A stretch of DNA of 64,000 nt from assembly GCA_039190745.1 (NCBI GenBank), contig JBCCXZ010000011.1, positions 1 through 64,000 on the forward strand, written 5' to 3'. This DNA is from Planctomycetota bacterium (GTDB lineage Bacteria > Planctomycetota > Planctomycetia > Pirellulales > Lacipirellulaceae). This document shows, piece by piece, positions 55,835 through 64,000 of this stretch. The translations under genes were made by a program, and so were the position numbers. Below the pieces are notes generated by a model. That model did no database searches and was not told the DNA's origin. It saw only the letters and a program-made list of their open reading frames with translations. Every line of letters begins with the position of its first letter. Position 1 is the stretch's first letter.

Positions 55835-56515
55835 TTAGCTGCCGTGGCCGGGATCGCCGATCGAGCGGAGGTACTCCGCGAGCTGGCATTGCATGTCGAG
55901 CAGGTCTTGCCACTGAGGCAGCGCGATCGAGGCTTTCTGCTCCTGCTCGTCGAGTTCGGCGGCGTGGATAAGCTGACGGGTTCGCAGGTGGAGGTACTCC
56001 AGCAGCTCCGAAACCTGCGCGGCCTGGCCGGCGGAGAGTTTTTGCGGCAGCTCCGGCGGGAGCGGGATGTGGAGCGTGCTCTGCAGGTCGTCCGAGGCGC
56101 CGAGTTTCAGCTCGAAGCTGTTGGAGGCGGAGTCTGCGCGCTCGATCAGCTCGCTTGCCTGCAGCTTGCTGGTGTCGCTGATGCCGTCGTTGCGCAGCTC
56201 GTCGAGGCGGCTGGTGATCTGCTCCCGAGTGCCGAATAAGAGGACGGAGCGGCCGAGGGCGACGACGTCGCCGAAGCGGAGGATGCGGAGCTGGGTGTCT
56301 TCGCCGTTGACGCGGGTGCCGTTGGTGCTCTCGAGGTCGGTGAGGACCAGCTTGGCCTGGTCTTCCTGGATCTTGAGGTGGAAGCGGCTGATCCGTTCGT
56401 CGTTCAGCTGAACGGTGTTGCCTTCTTCCCGGCCGATGGTGATCGGGGGTGCGAGTTCGTCGTAGACCTGCCCGCGGTCGGCTCCGTCGAGCACTCGGAG
56501 AGTAACACGCATCAT
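55835..56515 (-). CDS. FHA domain protein
   Basis: ITIGR, ISRFH, DLESTNGT.VNG and GDV motifs. Confidence 0.9.
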   Translation of the reverse strand: MMRVTLRVLDGADRGQVYDELAPPITIGREEGNTVQLNDERISRFHLKIQEDQAKLVLTDLESTNGTRVNGEDTQLRILRFGDVVALGRSVLLFGTREQITSRLDELRNDGISDTSKLQASELIERADSASNSFELKLGASDDLQSTLHIPLPPELPQKLSAGQAAQVSELLEYLHLRTRQLIHAAELDEQEQKASIALPQWQDLLDMQCQLAEYLRSIGDPGHGS

Positions 56516-56883
56516 CGAGAGCGCCGCCTCTGTCGGTGCCGATTCGTTCGGACTGCGAAGCCGTGGGAGCCGGTACCTTCCGGGAACGCCCACAGCGCGA
56601 GATCGTCCGGCACCGCTTCTCTGCGGGTGCCCCCCTGCCCTAGCTCGCTTATAACACGCGGAAAACCACGCAGCAAGCCAACTCTACGTTGCGGGGGCGC
56701 TGTAGGAGCGAATCGATGATTTATTGAGCGTGTGGGTCGGGCGGCTTTCGTGCCGTGATCCTCGGGCGGGGGCCCCGCCCCGGGCTCCGGGGAAAGGCGC
56801 CTACGCGGGCCGAACTGCTTTACGCCGTTCTGCACCGGTAGGAGAATACACGAGAAGCATCATTCTCACGTGCGGGAGCGAAG

Positions 56884-57639
56884 TTGGCTGTTGAACCGAC
56901 CGATGAGTACGCCGCGAAAGGGGACGACCGCAGGTCGTGGCTGGGTGCGTACGACTGGCAAACCGCCGCGCCTTGGCTGATTTGGCTGGGGTTCACAGTC
57001 GTTTACTTGGCGACGCTGACAGCGGTGTTCGGCCTCGGCCGGGTGGCGGTGTGGGCTTGGCCGGGGCCGATGGCGTTCGGCTGGCTGGTGTTCCTGCACT
57101 GCCGCACGAACGGCGACACGAGCCCGATCGCGGTCTTCACGTTCCTGGCGACAGGTCCGATGGTGGGCGTGTTCGCCCTGTTCGTGCTCGCGGCGCAGGA
57201 GCGGATCCAAATGGCGGTCAGCGGCAACGTCTCCAAGCCGCTGAGTTACACCCAGTTGTCGATGGGGGCTTGGGTGGTTGGCTGTGCGGCGTTGCTGCTG
57301 TCGGGCGTGGTTGCGTTTCTCTACGCGCGAGCAGCCTGCGGGTTGTGGCCCTCGAAGGAAAAGCCGTCGGTGCTCTCCGACGTGGTGCTCACTCCAGATG
57401 CCGCGGGGCGGCCCCCGCAGTGCTTGGCGGAGTTTGCGCTCGATTGGTCTGCGACGCCCGAGGAGCTTGACGCGGCCTACCGTGCAATGGCGCTCAAGAC
57501 GCACCCCGACCGGGGCGGGAGCGAGCAAGAGTTCAAAGCGCTTCAGGAAAACTACGCCCGGGCCAAACGATTCTTGCGTCGCACCCGAGTCGATGCGCCC
57601 CACGCCGCCGCGAGCCGGAGCGGGGCTAGCGCTGGATGA
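56884..57639 (+). CDS. Membrane protein with a C-terminal J-domain
   Basis: About four TM segments, then EELDAAYRAMALKTHPDRGGSEQEFKALQENY (HPD motif). Confidence 0.75.
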   Translation: MAVEPTDEYAAKGDDRRSWLGAYDWQTAAPWLIWLGFTVVYLATLTAVFGLGRVAVWAWPGPMAFGWLVFLHCRTNGDTSPIAVFTFLATGPMVGVFALFVLAAQERIQMAVSGNVSKPLSYTQLSMGAWVVGCAALLLSGVVAFLYARAACGLWPSKEKPSVLSDVVLTPDAAGRPPQCLAEFALDWSATPEELDAAYRAMALKTHPDRGGSEQEFKALQENYARAKRFLRRTRVDAPHAAASRSGASAG

Positions 57640-58648
57640 GCTCGCCGCCGGCAATGGTGCAGAGCGATTCGAGCAGGTCGGTGTCTGTGTCTTCGCTCAG
57701 GAAGTGGGCCGACCCGTCGAGCAACACGAAGTGGCAGCCCCCCGGGTGGAGGCTGGCCGCGGGGGCCCACCAAGTGCGGACGCGACCGACTACGGGGGCG
57801 TAGAGCTCGTCCCATGCTGGGCCGTATTGCGGGAGGTGCCAGTGGTTGATGCCTGGGTCTTGCCCGCCGGGGTCGACGCCCGGCATCACCCAGCCCCGGT
57901 AGCCCCATGCGAACGCTCCGCCGTTGACGTGGTACCGCGTGGTCTCGCCGAAGGCCAAGGTATTGCTGGTGCCGTCGGTAACCCACGAGAAAGCTGTCTT
58001 GCTGTTTTCGCCGAAGGCCCGCTTATCCTCGGATGTCGACCAATGGTTGCACCTCCTGCCCGATATGTCGCCGACGATGAAATCGTAATTCGTCGAGTCG
58101 CCCGTGAAACCAGGCACGGGGAGGTAGATCCCGCTTGCGAGCCGCTCCTCCGAGTCGTCGGATGGGCACTTTACCAAGCCGAGCTCAACGCCGGCCGCTA
58201 AGGCATTGCCGTTGGCGGCGGGGTCACCTACGGGCGTGCCTCGCTCGTTGTGGTAGAGCGTCGTGGAGGGGACTACGGCGGACGCTTCGTCAAGCGTGAA
58301 GCGATCGAAGAGAGTCGTTTGCTCTAAGTGCGGCAGGAGCAGTACCAGCCCGTTGGCATTGAAGACGCGTTCGTCTCCAGGTCCGTCGGCCTCCGACTCA
58401 CACCAGCCGAGACCTCGGCTTCCGTACGGGAGGAGGCCGGTAGCAGCCTCGTAGGCCAGCAATGCCACGCCGAGCTGCTTCAGGTTGTTCTCGCAGGTCA
58501 CACGCCGGGCCGACTCACGAGCCGATTGCACGGCCGGCAGCAGGAGAGCAATCAGCACGCCGATGATCGCGATGACCACAAGCAGTTCGACGAGCGTCAT
58601 GCCGCGTACGCAGCTTTGTCGGAGACGGGTGGCTGGACGGTCGGGCAC
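57626..58648 (-). CDS. DUF1559 protein with prepilin-type N-terminal cleavage/methylation motif
   Basis: [40 protein letters not shown] and SLHPGG..FVLLDGS motifs. Confidence 0.92.
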   Translation of the reverse strand: MPDRPATRLRQSCVRGMTLVELLVVIAIIGVLIALLLPAVQSARESARRVTCENNLKQLGVALLAYEAATGLLPYGSRGLGWCESEADGPGDERVFNANGLVLLLPHLEQTTLFDRFTLDEASAVVPSTTLYHNERGTPVGDPAANGNALAAGVELGLVKCPSDDSEERLASGIYLPVPGFTGDSTNYDFIVGDISGRRCNHWSTSEDKRAFGENSKTAFSWVTDGTSNTLAFGETTRYHVNGGAFAWGYRGWVMPGVDPGGQDPGINHWHLPQYGPAWDELYAPVVGRVRTWWAPAASLHPGGCHFVLLDGSAHFLSEDTDTDLLESLCTIAGGELIQR

Positions 58649-58811
58649 GGCGGTGGCTCGTCACGGTGGCGGCGAGTGGCTCCTCGGCGGAGCTCGACCC
58701 TCCGTGGCGATTGCTCGCCAGTATACCTCGCGGAGCCCCGGCGTGCGGGGCTCGCGCAAACCGCAGAACTGTGACGACACGCAGCAGCAGGCACTCCCTC
58801 GGCGCGGAGGC

Positions 58812-59102
58812 TTAGCGGACTCCGCTGCCGATCGGGCCGGGCATTGTGTTGGACGGCACCACGACCGGCTCGCCCGTCGCTGAGTCGTACGGCATGCCGT
58901 AGCCGCTGCTGAACCCGCCGGACTGGCAGGAATCGCAGGCCGGGACGCATGCGGGCTGGCACGCGGGGGCGCAGACGGGGGCACAGACCGAAGCCACCGG
59001 CTGAGCGACAGGCTTCTTGGCGAAGAAGCTCTTGCAGGAGCCGCAGCCCGTGGTGGAGACGCTCGTCGCGACGACAAACAGCAGCAATACCGTGTTCTTC
59101 AT
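58812..59102 (-). CDS. Small Cys-rich lipoprotein
   Basis: Lipobox-like TTGC, then CAPV-CAPA-CQPA-CVPA-CDSC repeats. Confidence 0.7.
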   Translation of the reverse strand: MKNTVLLLFVVATSVSTTGCGSCKSFFAKKPVAQPVASVCAPVCAPACQPACVPACDSCQSGGFSSGYGMPYDSATGEPVVVPSNTMPGPIGSGVR

Positions 59103-59427
59103 GATAACGCCCCGGCGTGCGGGGCCCTCCTTGTCGGCGCTGGGGTTGGGGAGGAAGCGGGGTGCGCCGGACAGTCTGTCGGTGGTTTTTGGCGGGACGC
59201 GGATTCTTGCGAGACAACGAACCGCACAACCATGCGCTGCGGGTTGCGTTTAGCAAACACAACCGGTGAAGAATCGCAACGTTTTCGGTGCCCCACGGGG
59301 GTCCGACCGCCCTATCCGGTCTAAACTGAACAGTGCCCCTTTCCGAGCCTTCCAGCTGGGTTGTCCGGCCGCGTACACTGATCAGACCGCCAGCCCGACG
59401 CGGCACATAGCAATACGCGAGCCCCGA

Positions 59428-60867
59428 ATGGAACAGACGCTTCTCAATTCGCTCGCCCGGTCGTTGCGCGAACTTCTCGGCGAAGACCGTGTGCTCACAG
59501 AGCCCTCGCAGCTTCTCGTCTACGAGTGCGACGGTTTTGTGATCGAAAAGAGCACGCCGGACATCGTGGTTTTTCCTGGATCGACCGAGGAGGTGGCCGA
59601 GGTGGTGCGGCGATGCGCAGCGGAAGGCGTGCCGTGCGTGCCGCGTGGTGCGGGGACGAGCCTTTCGGGCGGGTGCCTGCCGGTGGGCGGGGGCGTCATG
59701 ATCGTGCTGACCCGCATGAACCGCGTGCTGGAGATTCACGCTCGCGACCGTTACGCGGTGGTCGAGTGCGGCGTGGTGAACGCCCGGTTGAATATTGCGC
59801 TCCGCGGGACGGGGCTGCACTACGCGCCCGACCCGTCGAGCCAGGGCGCGTGCACCATCGGAGGGAACGTCGCCGCGAACGCGGGCGGGCCGCACACGCT
59901 GAAGTACGGCGTGACCGTCAATCATGTGCTGGGCGTCGAGGTGGTCACAGCGGACGGGGAGGTCGTCACGCTTGGCGGCCCGCGCGAGGGCGGGGCGGGA
60001 CTAGACTTGGTCGGCGCCGTGGTCGGCAGCGAAGGCACCCTCGCGATCGTCACCAAGGTGTGGGTCCGGTTGGTGCCGAACCCGCAGGGCTTCCGCACGA
60101 TGCTGGCGGTGTTCGAGACCGTGGAAGACGCCACGCAGTGCATCAGCGGCATCATCGGCGTGGGCATCGTCCCCGCGGCGCTGGAGATGATGGACCAGGG
60201 CATCCTAGTGGCGGTCGAGGAAGCGTTTCATTTTGGCTTCCCCCTCGACGCGGAGGCGGTGCTGCTGATCGAGGTCGACGGGCTGGAGGCGGGGCTCGAC
60301 CGACAGCAGCAGCAGGTGATCGACCTGTGCCACGAGCACAACGCCTGCGAGGTCCGCAAAGCGAACGACGCCGCGGAGCGGGCCAAGCTCTGGAAGGCGC
60401 GTAAGCAGGCGTTTGGCGCCATCGGGCGGATCAGCCCCAGCTACTGCACGCAGGACGGCGTCGTGCCGCGCACGAAAGTGCCGCACATCCTGAAGCGGAT
60501 CAGCGAGATCGGCGCGAAGCACGACATCCGGATCATCAACGTCTTCCACGCCGGCGACGGCAACCTCCACCCGATCCTGCTGTTCGACGAACGCGACCCC
60601 GAGCAGACCAAGCGGGTGCTAGCCGCGAGTAGCGAGGTGCTTCAGGAGTGCCTCGATTGCGGCGGCAGCGTCACGGGCGAGCACGGCATAGGCGTCGAGA
60701 AGATCGGTTTCATGGACAAGATGTTTGCGGCTAATGACCTCCAGGCGATGGAGCGGCTCCGAGAGGCGTGGAACCCCCGCAACCTGCTCAGCCCCGACAA
60801 GCTGCTGCCGACTTCGGGCGGCTGCGGCATGGAGCAGGTCCACCCTGGCAGGAGGGCTGCGTTGTAG
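59428..60867 (+). CDS. glcD: Glycolate oxidase FAD-binding subunit
   Basis: PRGAGTSLSGG, YAPDPSSQ.ACTIGGNVA.NAGG, FHAGDGNLHP and GEHGIG motifs. Start trimmed to MEQTLL. Confidence 0.88.
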   Translation: MEQTLLNSLARSLRELLGEDRVLTEPSQLLVYECDGFVIEKSTPDIVVFPGSTEEVAEVVRRCAAEGVPCVPRGAGTSLSGGCLPVGGGVMIVLTRMNRVLEIHARDRYAVVECGVVNARLNIALRGTGLHYAPDPSSQGACTIGGNVAANAGGPHTLKYGVTVNHVLGVEVVTADGEVVTLGGPREGGAGLDLVGAVVGSEGTLAIVTKVWVRLVPNPQGFRTMLAVFETVEDATQCISGIIGVGIVPAALEMMDQGILVAVEEAFHFGFPLDAEAVLLIEVDGLEAGLDRQQQQVIDLCHEHNACEVRKANDAAERAKLWKARKQAFGAIGRISPSYCTQDGVVPRTKVPHILKRISEIGAKHDIRIINVFHAGDGNLHPILLFDERDPEQTKRVLAASSEVLQECLDCGGSVTGEHGIGVEKIGFMDKMFAANDLQAMERLREAWNPRNLLSPDKLLPTSGGCGMEQVHPGRRAAL

Positions 60868-60869
60868 CG

Positions 60870-62090
60870 ATGGCTGAAGCGACCGAAGACGCCGCCGAGC
60901 TGACCCACGCCGCACCGACGAGCGCCGCCGGTGTTAGCGAGTGCATTGTGCAGGCCGCCGCAACGGGCCAGGCCGTCTACCCGGTCGCCGGCGGGCCGGC
61001 TCTTGAGGGGTCGGCGATAGACCGTTCCGGCGTTGCGGTCTCGATGAGCGGGCTGTCTCGGGTGATCGATTTCCCCGCGCGGGACATGACAATCACGCTC
61101 GAGGCGGGCGTGACGATGGCCGCACTCCAAGAGACGTTGAGCGCCGAAGGGTTGCGGCTGCCGCTGGACGTGCCGCACGCGGAATCCGCCACCATCGGCG
61201 GCGTGGTGGCCTACTCGCCCGTGACGCCTTCATCGAGCGGCTCCGGCACGGTGCGCGACTACGTGATCGGTATCGAGGCGGCCGGCGCCGACGGCGAACT
61301 GTTCAAGGGCGGCGGCCGGGTGGTGAAGAACGTCGCGGGGTACGACTTCTGCAAGCTGCTTTCCGGATCGCGGGGCACGCTGGGCGTGGTCACGCAGGTG
61401 ACGCTCAAGCTGAAGCCCGCGGCCGAGACAACGGCAACGTTGGCTGTTCCGGTCGATGCGTTGTCCGAGGCCGAGACGGCTTTCGAACGGCTGGCAGGCC
61501 TGCCAGCCTTGCCGGCGGCGGTTGAGTTGGTAGCCGGACCCGAATGGCGAGAAACAGCACAGGCCGAGCACCTCGTTGTGGTCCGGCTGGAGGGTTCGCG
61601 TCCCGAAGTGGAGTGGCTCTTGGACGAGGCTTGCAAGCTGCTCGCCCCGCTGCCGGTGGATACAAATCAGGCCTTGTGGGACCAAGCGGGCGATAGCTTG
61701 GCGAAGGCGCTTTCCGATTGGAGCGGCCAACGCGGCGGGCATTGGCTCCAGGCCCTTTCCCCGGCGGGTTCGTCGTGCCGGATGGTCGAGGTCTTGCAGC
61801 GGGCTTGCCCGGGTTGTTCGGTGCAGGCCCACGCGGCCAATGGCGTGATGCTGGCGAAGCCGCAAGGCATGCCCGCGGCCGACTTGCAGCGCGTCTTGGT
61901 CGAGGAGCTCCGCCCCGTCGCCCGCCGCGTGCAGGGCCGAGTGAGCCTCGTGGAACAGCCGCCGGGGGATCGGCTGGCGCCGGGCGTCGCTTTTGACCTA
62001 GGAGACTCAGAACGGCGGCTGATGCAGGCGGTGAAGGACGCGTTCGATCCGCAGCACCGACTCAATCCGGGACGTTTTATCTTCGCATGA
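60870..62090 (+). CDS. glcE: Glycolate oxidase FAD-binding subunit GlcE-like
   Basis: ATIGG, GGRVVKNVAGYD..KL..GSRGTLG and K.AFDP...LNPG motifs. Lies between glcD and glcF. Confidence 0.82.
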   Translation: MAEATEDAAELTHAAPTSAAGVSECIVQAAATGQAVYPVAGGPALEGSAIDRSGVAVSMSGLSRVIDFPARDMTITLEAGVTMAALQETLSAEGLRLPLDVPHAESATIGGVVAYSPVTPSSSGSGTVRDYVIGIEAAGADGELFKGGGRVVKNVAGYDFCKLLSGSRGTLGVVTQVTLKLKPAAETTATLAVPVDALSEAETAFERLAGLPALPAAVELVAGPEWRETAQAEHLVVVRLEGSRPEVEWLLDEACKLLAPLPVDTNQALWDQAGDSLAKALSDWSGQRGGHWLQALSPAGSSCRMVEVLQRACPGCSVQAHAANGVMLAKPQGMPAADLQRVLVEELRPVARRVQGRVSLVEQPPGDRLAPGVAFDLGDSERRLMQAVKDAFDPQHRLNPGRFIFA

Positions 62091-63418
62091 GCACGAGCAC
62101 CAAAGCGTCGAACCCTGCGAGGAAGCCGGGCCCGTCGAAGAAGCCGGGCGCGGAGATCGACTACGGGCTGTTCCTCGACTGCGTCCACTGCGGGCTGTGC
62201 ACCTCGGCGTGCCCGACCTACGTCGAGACGGGTGACGAGAACAACAGCCCCCGCGGCCGCATATACCTGATGCGGTCTGTGGTGGACGGCCGGATCGAGA
62301 TGGATCGGCACGTCGAGCGGTATCTCGACCTGTGCCTCGACTGCCGCGCCTGCGAAACGGCCTGCCCCTCCGGCGTGCAGTACGGCAAGCTGATCGAGCC
62401 GTTCCGCGTCGATATGGAGAGCGCCCGGAAAGAGCCGCAGCACAACGATTGGTTCCACAGTGTGGTGCTGTTCGGGCTGTTCCCCTACGCCAACCGGATG
62501 CGACTGTCGTTGGCCCCGGCGCGGGTGGCGCAGGCGTTGAAGCTGGATAGGCTGGCCGAGCGTGTGGGGCTTTTCAATCTGCTGCCCTCGCGGGTGGCGC
62601 AGCTGGTGAAGATGCTGCCGCCGGCGGGGCGTGAGCGGCGGCCGCTGCCGGAGTTTATCCCGGCCAAGGGCCCGCGTCGGGCGCGGGTGGCGTTGTTCAC
62701 CGGGTGCGTGGGGGACGCGATTTTCCGCGATACGAATTGGGCAACGGCGCGCGTGCTGCGTGAGAACGGCTGCGACGTGGTTGTGCCCCGCGGGCAGCAG
62801 TGCTGCGGGGCAATCCACTTCCACGCCGCCAGCTCCGAGCCCGCCCGGGAGATGGCCGACGCAAACGCCGCGGCGTTCGACGCCGCGGACGTCGACGCGG
62901 TGATCGTGAATGTCGCCGGGTGCGGGGCGATGATCAAGGACTACCCCCACCACTGGGACGGTGCTGGTCAGGCCGATCGCACCAGGTTTGCGTCGAAAGT
63001 GAAAGACATCAACGAGTTCCTCGACGAGCTCGGTATCATCGAGCCGCAACACGCGGTTGACGCCACAGCCACTTACCACGATGCGTGCCACTTGGCTCAC
63101 GCGCAGCAGATCCGCTCGGCCCCGCGGGAACTGCTCGCGAAGGTGCCGGGGCTGAAGGTGGTCGACCTGCCGGAGAGCGAGCTCTGCTGCGGCGCGGCCG
63201 GCACGTACAACCTGACCGAGCCGGAGATGGCGAGCCGGTTGGCGGCGCGGAAGCTGGAGAACATCCGCAGCACGGGCGCCGAGATGGTGATCACCGCCAA
63301 CGCGGGGTGCATCCTGCAGATCGCACGGCACGCGGTCGAGCAGGGCGCGCCGTTGCCGGTGGTGCACCCGGTCGACGTGCTCGACGCGAGCTACCAGGGC
63401 CGGCCATTGCCGAAGTAG
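62087..63418 (+). CDS. glcF: Glycolate oxidase iron-sulfur subunit
   Basis: CVHCGLCTSACP, SPRGRI, CLDCRACETACPSGV and two CCG domains. Confidence 0.9.
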   Translation: MSTSTKASNPARKPGPSKKPGAEIDYGLFLDCVHCGLCTSACPTYVETGDENNSPRGRIYLMRSVVDGRIEMDRHVERYLDLCLDCRACETACPSGVQYGKLIEPFRVDMESARKEPQHNDWFHSVVLFGLFPYANRMRLSLAPARVAQALKLDRLAERVGLFNLLPSRVAQLVKMLPPAGRERRPLPEFIPAKGPRRARVALFTGCVGDAIFRDTNWATARVLRENGCDVVVPRGQQCCGAIHFHAASSEPAREMADANAAAFDAADVDAVIVNVAGCGAMIKDYPHHWDGAGQADRTRFASKVKDINEFLDELGIIEPQHAVDATATYHDACHLAHAQQIRSAPRELLAKVPGLKVVDLPESELCCGAAGTYNLTEPEMASRLAARKLENIRSTGAEMVITANAGCILQIARHAVEQGAPLPVVHPVDVLDASYQGRPLPK

Positions 63419-63429
63419 CGAGGCGCCTT

Positions 63430-64000
63430 ATGCGGGTTTGGCTCCGAACCATGCTCAGCGGCTTGGTCGCATTGATGGCGGTCTGCCTGCTGCTCCGCAC
63501 CTGGGTCGTGATGGGGTTGATCGTGCCGATGGCGGTGTCGGGCAGCTCGATGGCCCCCGGGCTGAGGGGCTCGCACTTTCAGTCAACGTGCCTGAGTTGC
63601 GGTTCGAATACGGACCGTTCCGTGGAATCGAGTGTAGCGGCGGAGCGGTTGCCGTGCCCCGCCTGCGGCGAGGCGAGCTCGATGATCACGGGCCCGATTC
63701 TGCCCGCCGACCGCTTGTGGGTGAGCCGTCTCGGCCGGCCGCAGCGGTGGGACGCGGTGGTCGCCGAGTCGCCAGACGAGCGCGGGCTGTGCGTGAAGCG
63801 GCTCGTCGGGCTGCCGGGCGAAGAGGTCGCGTTTGACGGGGGCGACCTGCTGATCGACGGCCGCGTTGTTCAGAAAACGCTCGGCGAGCAGCGAGCCGTC
63901 CGGGTGCGGGTCGCCGAGCACCCCGGATTTCAGAATCGGGTTGTGTTCACGCCGGTCGGACAGCCGGTGTTCACCGACGACCTGCCGTACAACGCGGCGC
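63430..64000 (+). CDS. Signal peptidase I (S26) with Zn-ribbon insertion (runs off window)
   Basis: Manual translation from ATG at 63430: TM helix, GSSMAP (catalytic Ser), CLSC...CPAC, RWDAVV, VKRLVGLPGE (catalytic Lys), GDLLIDG. Confidence 0.85.
   Translation, partial: MRVWLRTMLSGLVALMAVCLLLRTWVVMGLIVPMAVSGSSMAPGLRGSHFQSTCLSCGSNTDRSVESSVAAERLPCPACGEASSMITGPILPADRLWVSRLGRPQRWDAVVAESPDERGLCVKRLVGLPGEEVAFDGGDLLIDGRVVQKTLGEQRAVRVRVAEHPGFQNRVVFTPVGQPVFTDDLPYNAA

Overview
High-GC chromosomal segment, most likely from a planctomycete (Pirellulales/Lacipirellulaceae-like). This is inferred from DUF1559 proteins, a Planctomycete-extracellular N-terminal motif, a BBP7-type barrel, an ECF sigma/Ser-Thr kinase pair and PQQ-like propellers. 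Housekeeping genes include cysI, pgpA, folD, nadA, prfB (intact programmed +1 frameshift), mnmA, floA, purE, tadA, dnaE, glcDEF and a signal peptidase I. They are mixed with envelope genes: PEP-CTERM, Cys-rich secreted proteins, a TPR/TIGR03790 block and a Tad pseudopilin/SdrD/BBP7 block. There is also an MrfAB-like repair pair. Signals the ORF track misses: (1) a REP-associated tyrosine transposase with four cognate ATAG-headed REP hairpins, one with compensatory stem changes; (2) an unannotated ~140-nt rod-shaped RNA with a central bubble and its own terminator (6S-like); (3) an orphan sigma70 promoter plus boxA with no downstream gene; (4) a low-GC islet with a small ORF, an XRE regulator and a palindromic operator over its promoter; (5) a decayed PQQ-propeller pseudogene. 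All family calls rest on motif recognition by eye; no searches were run.
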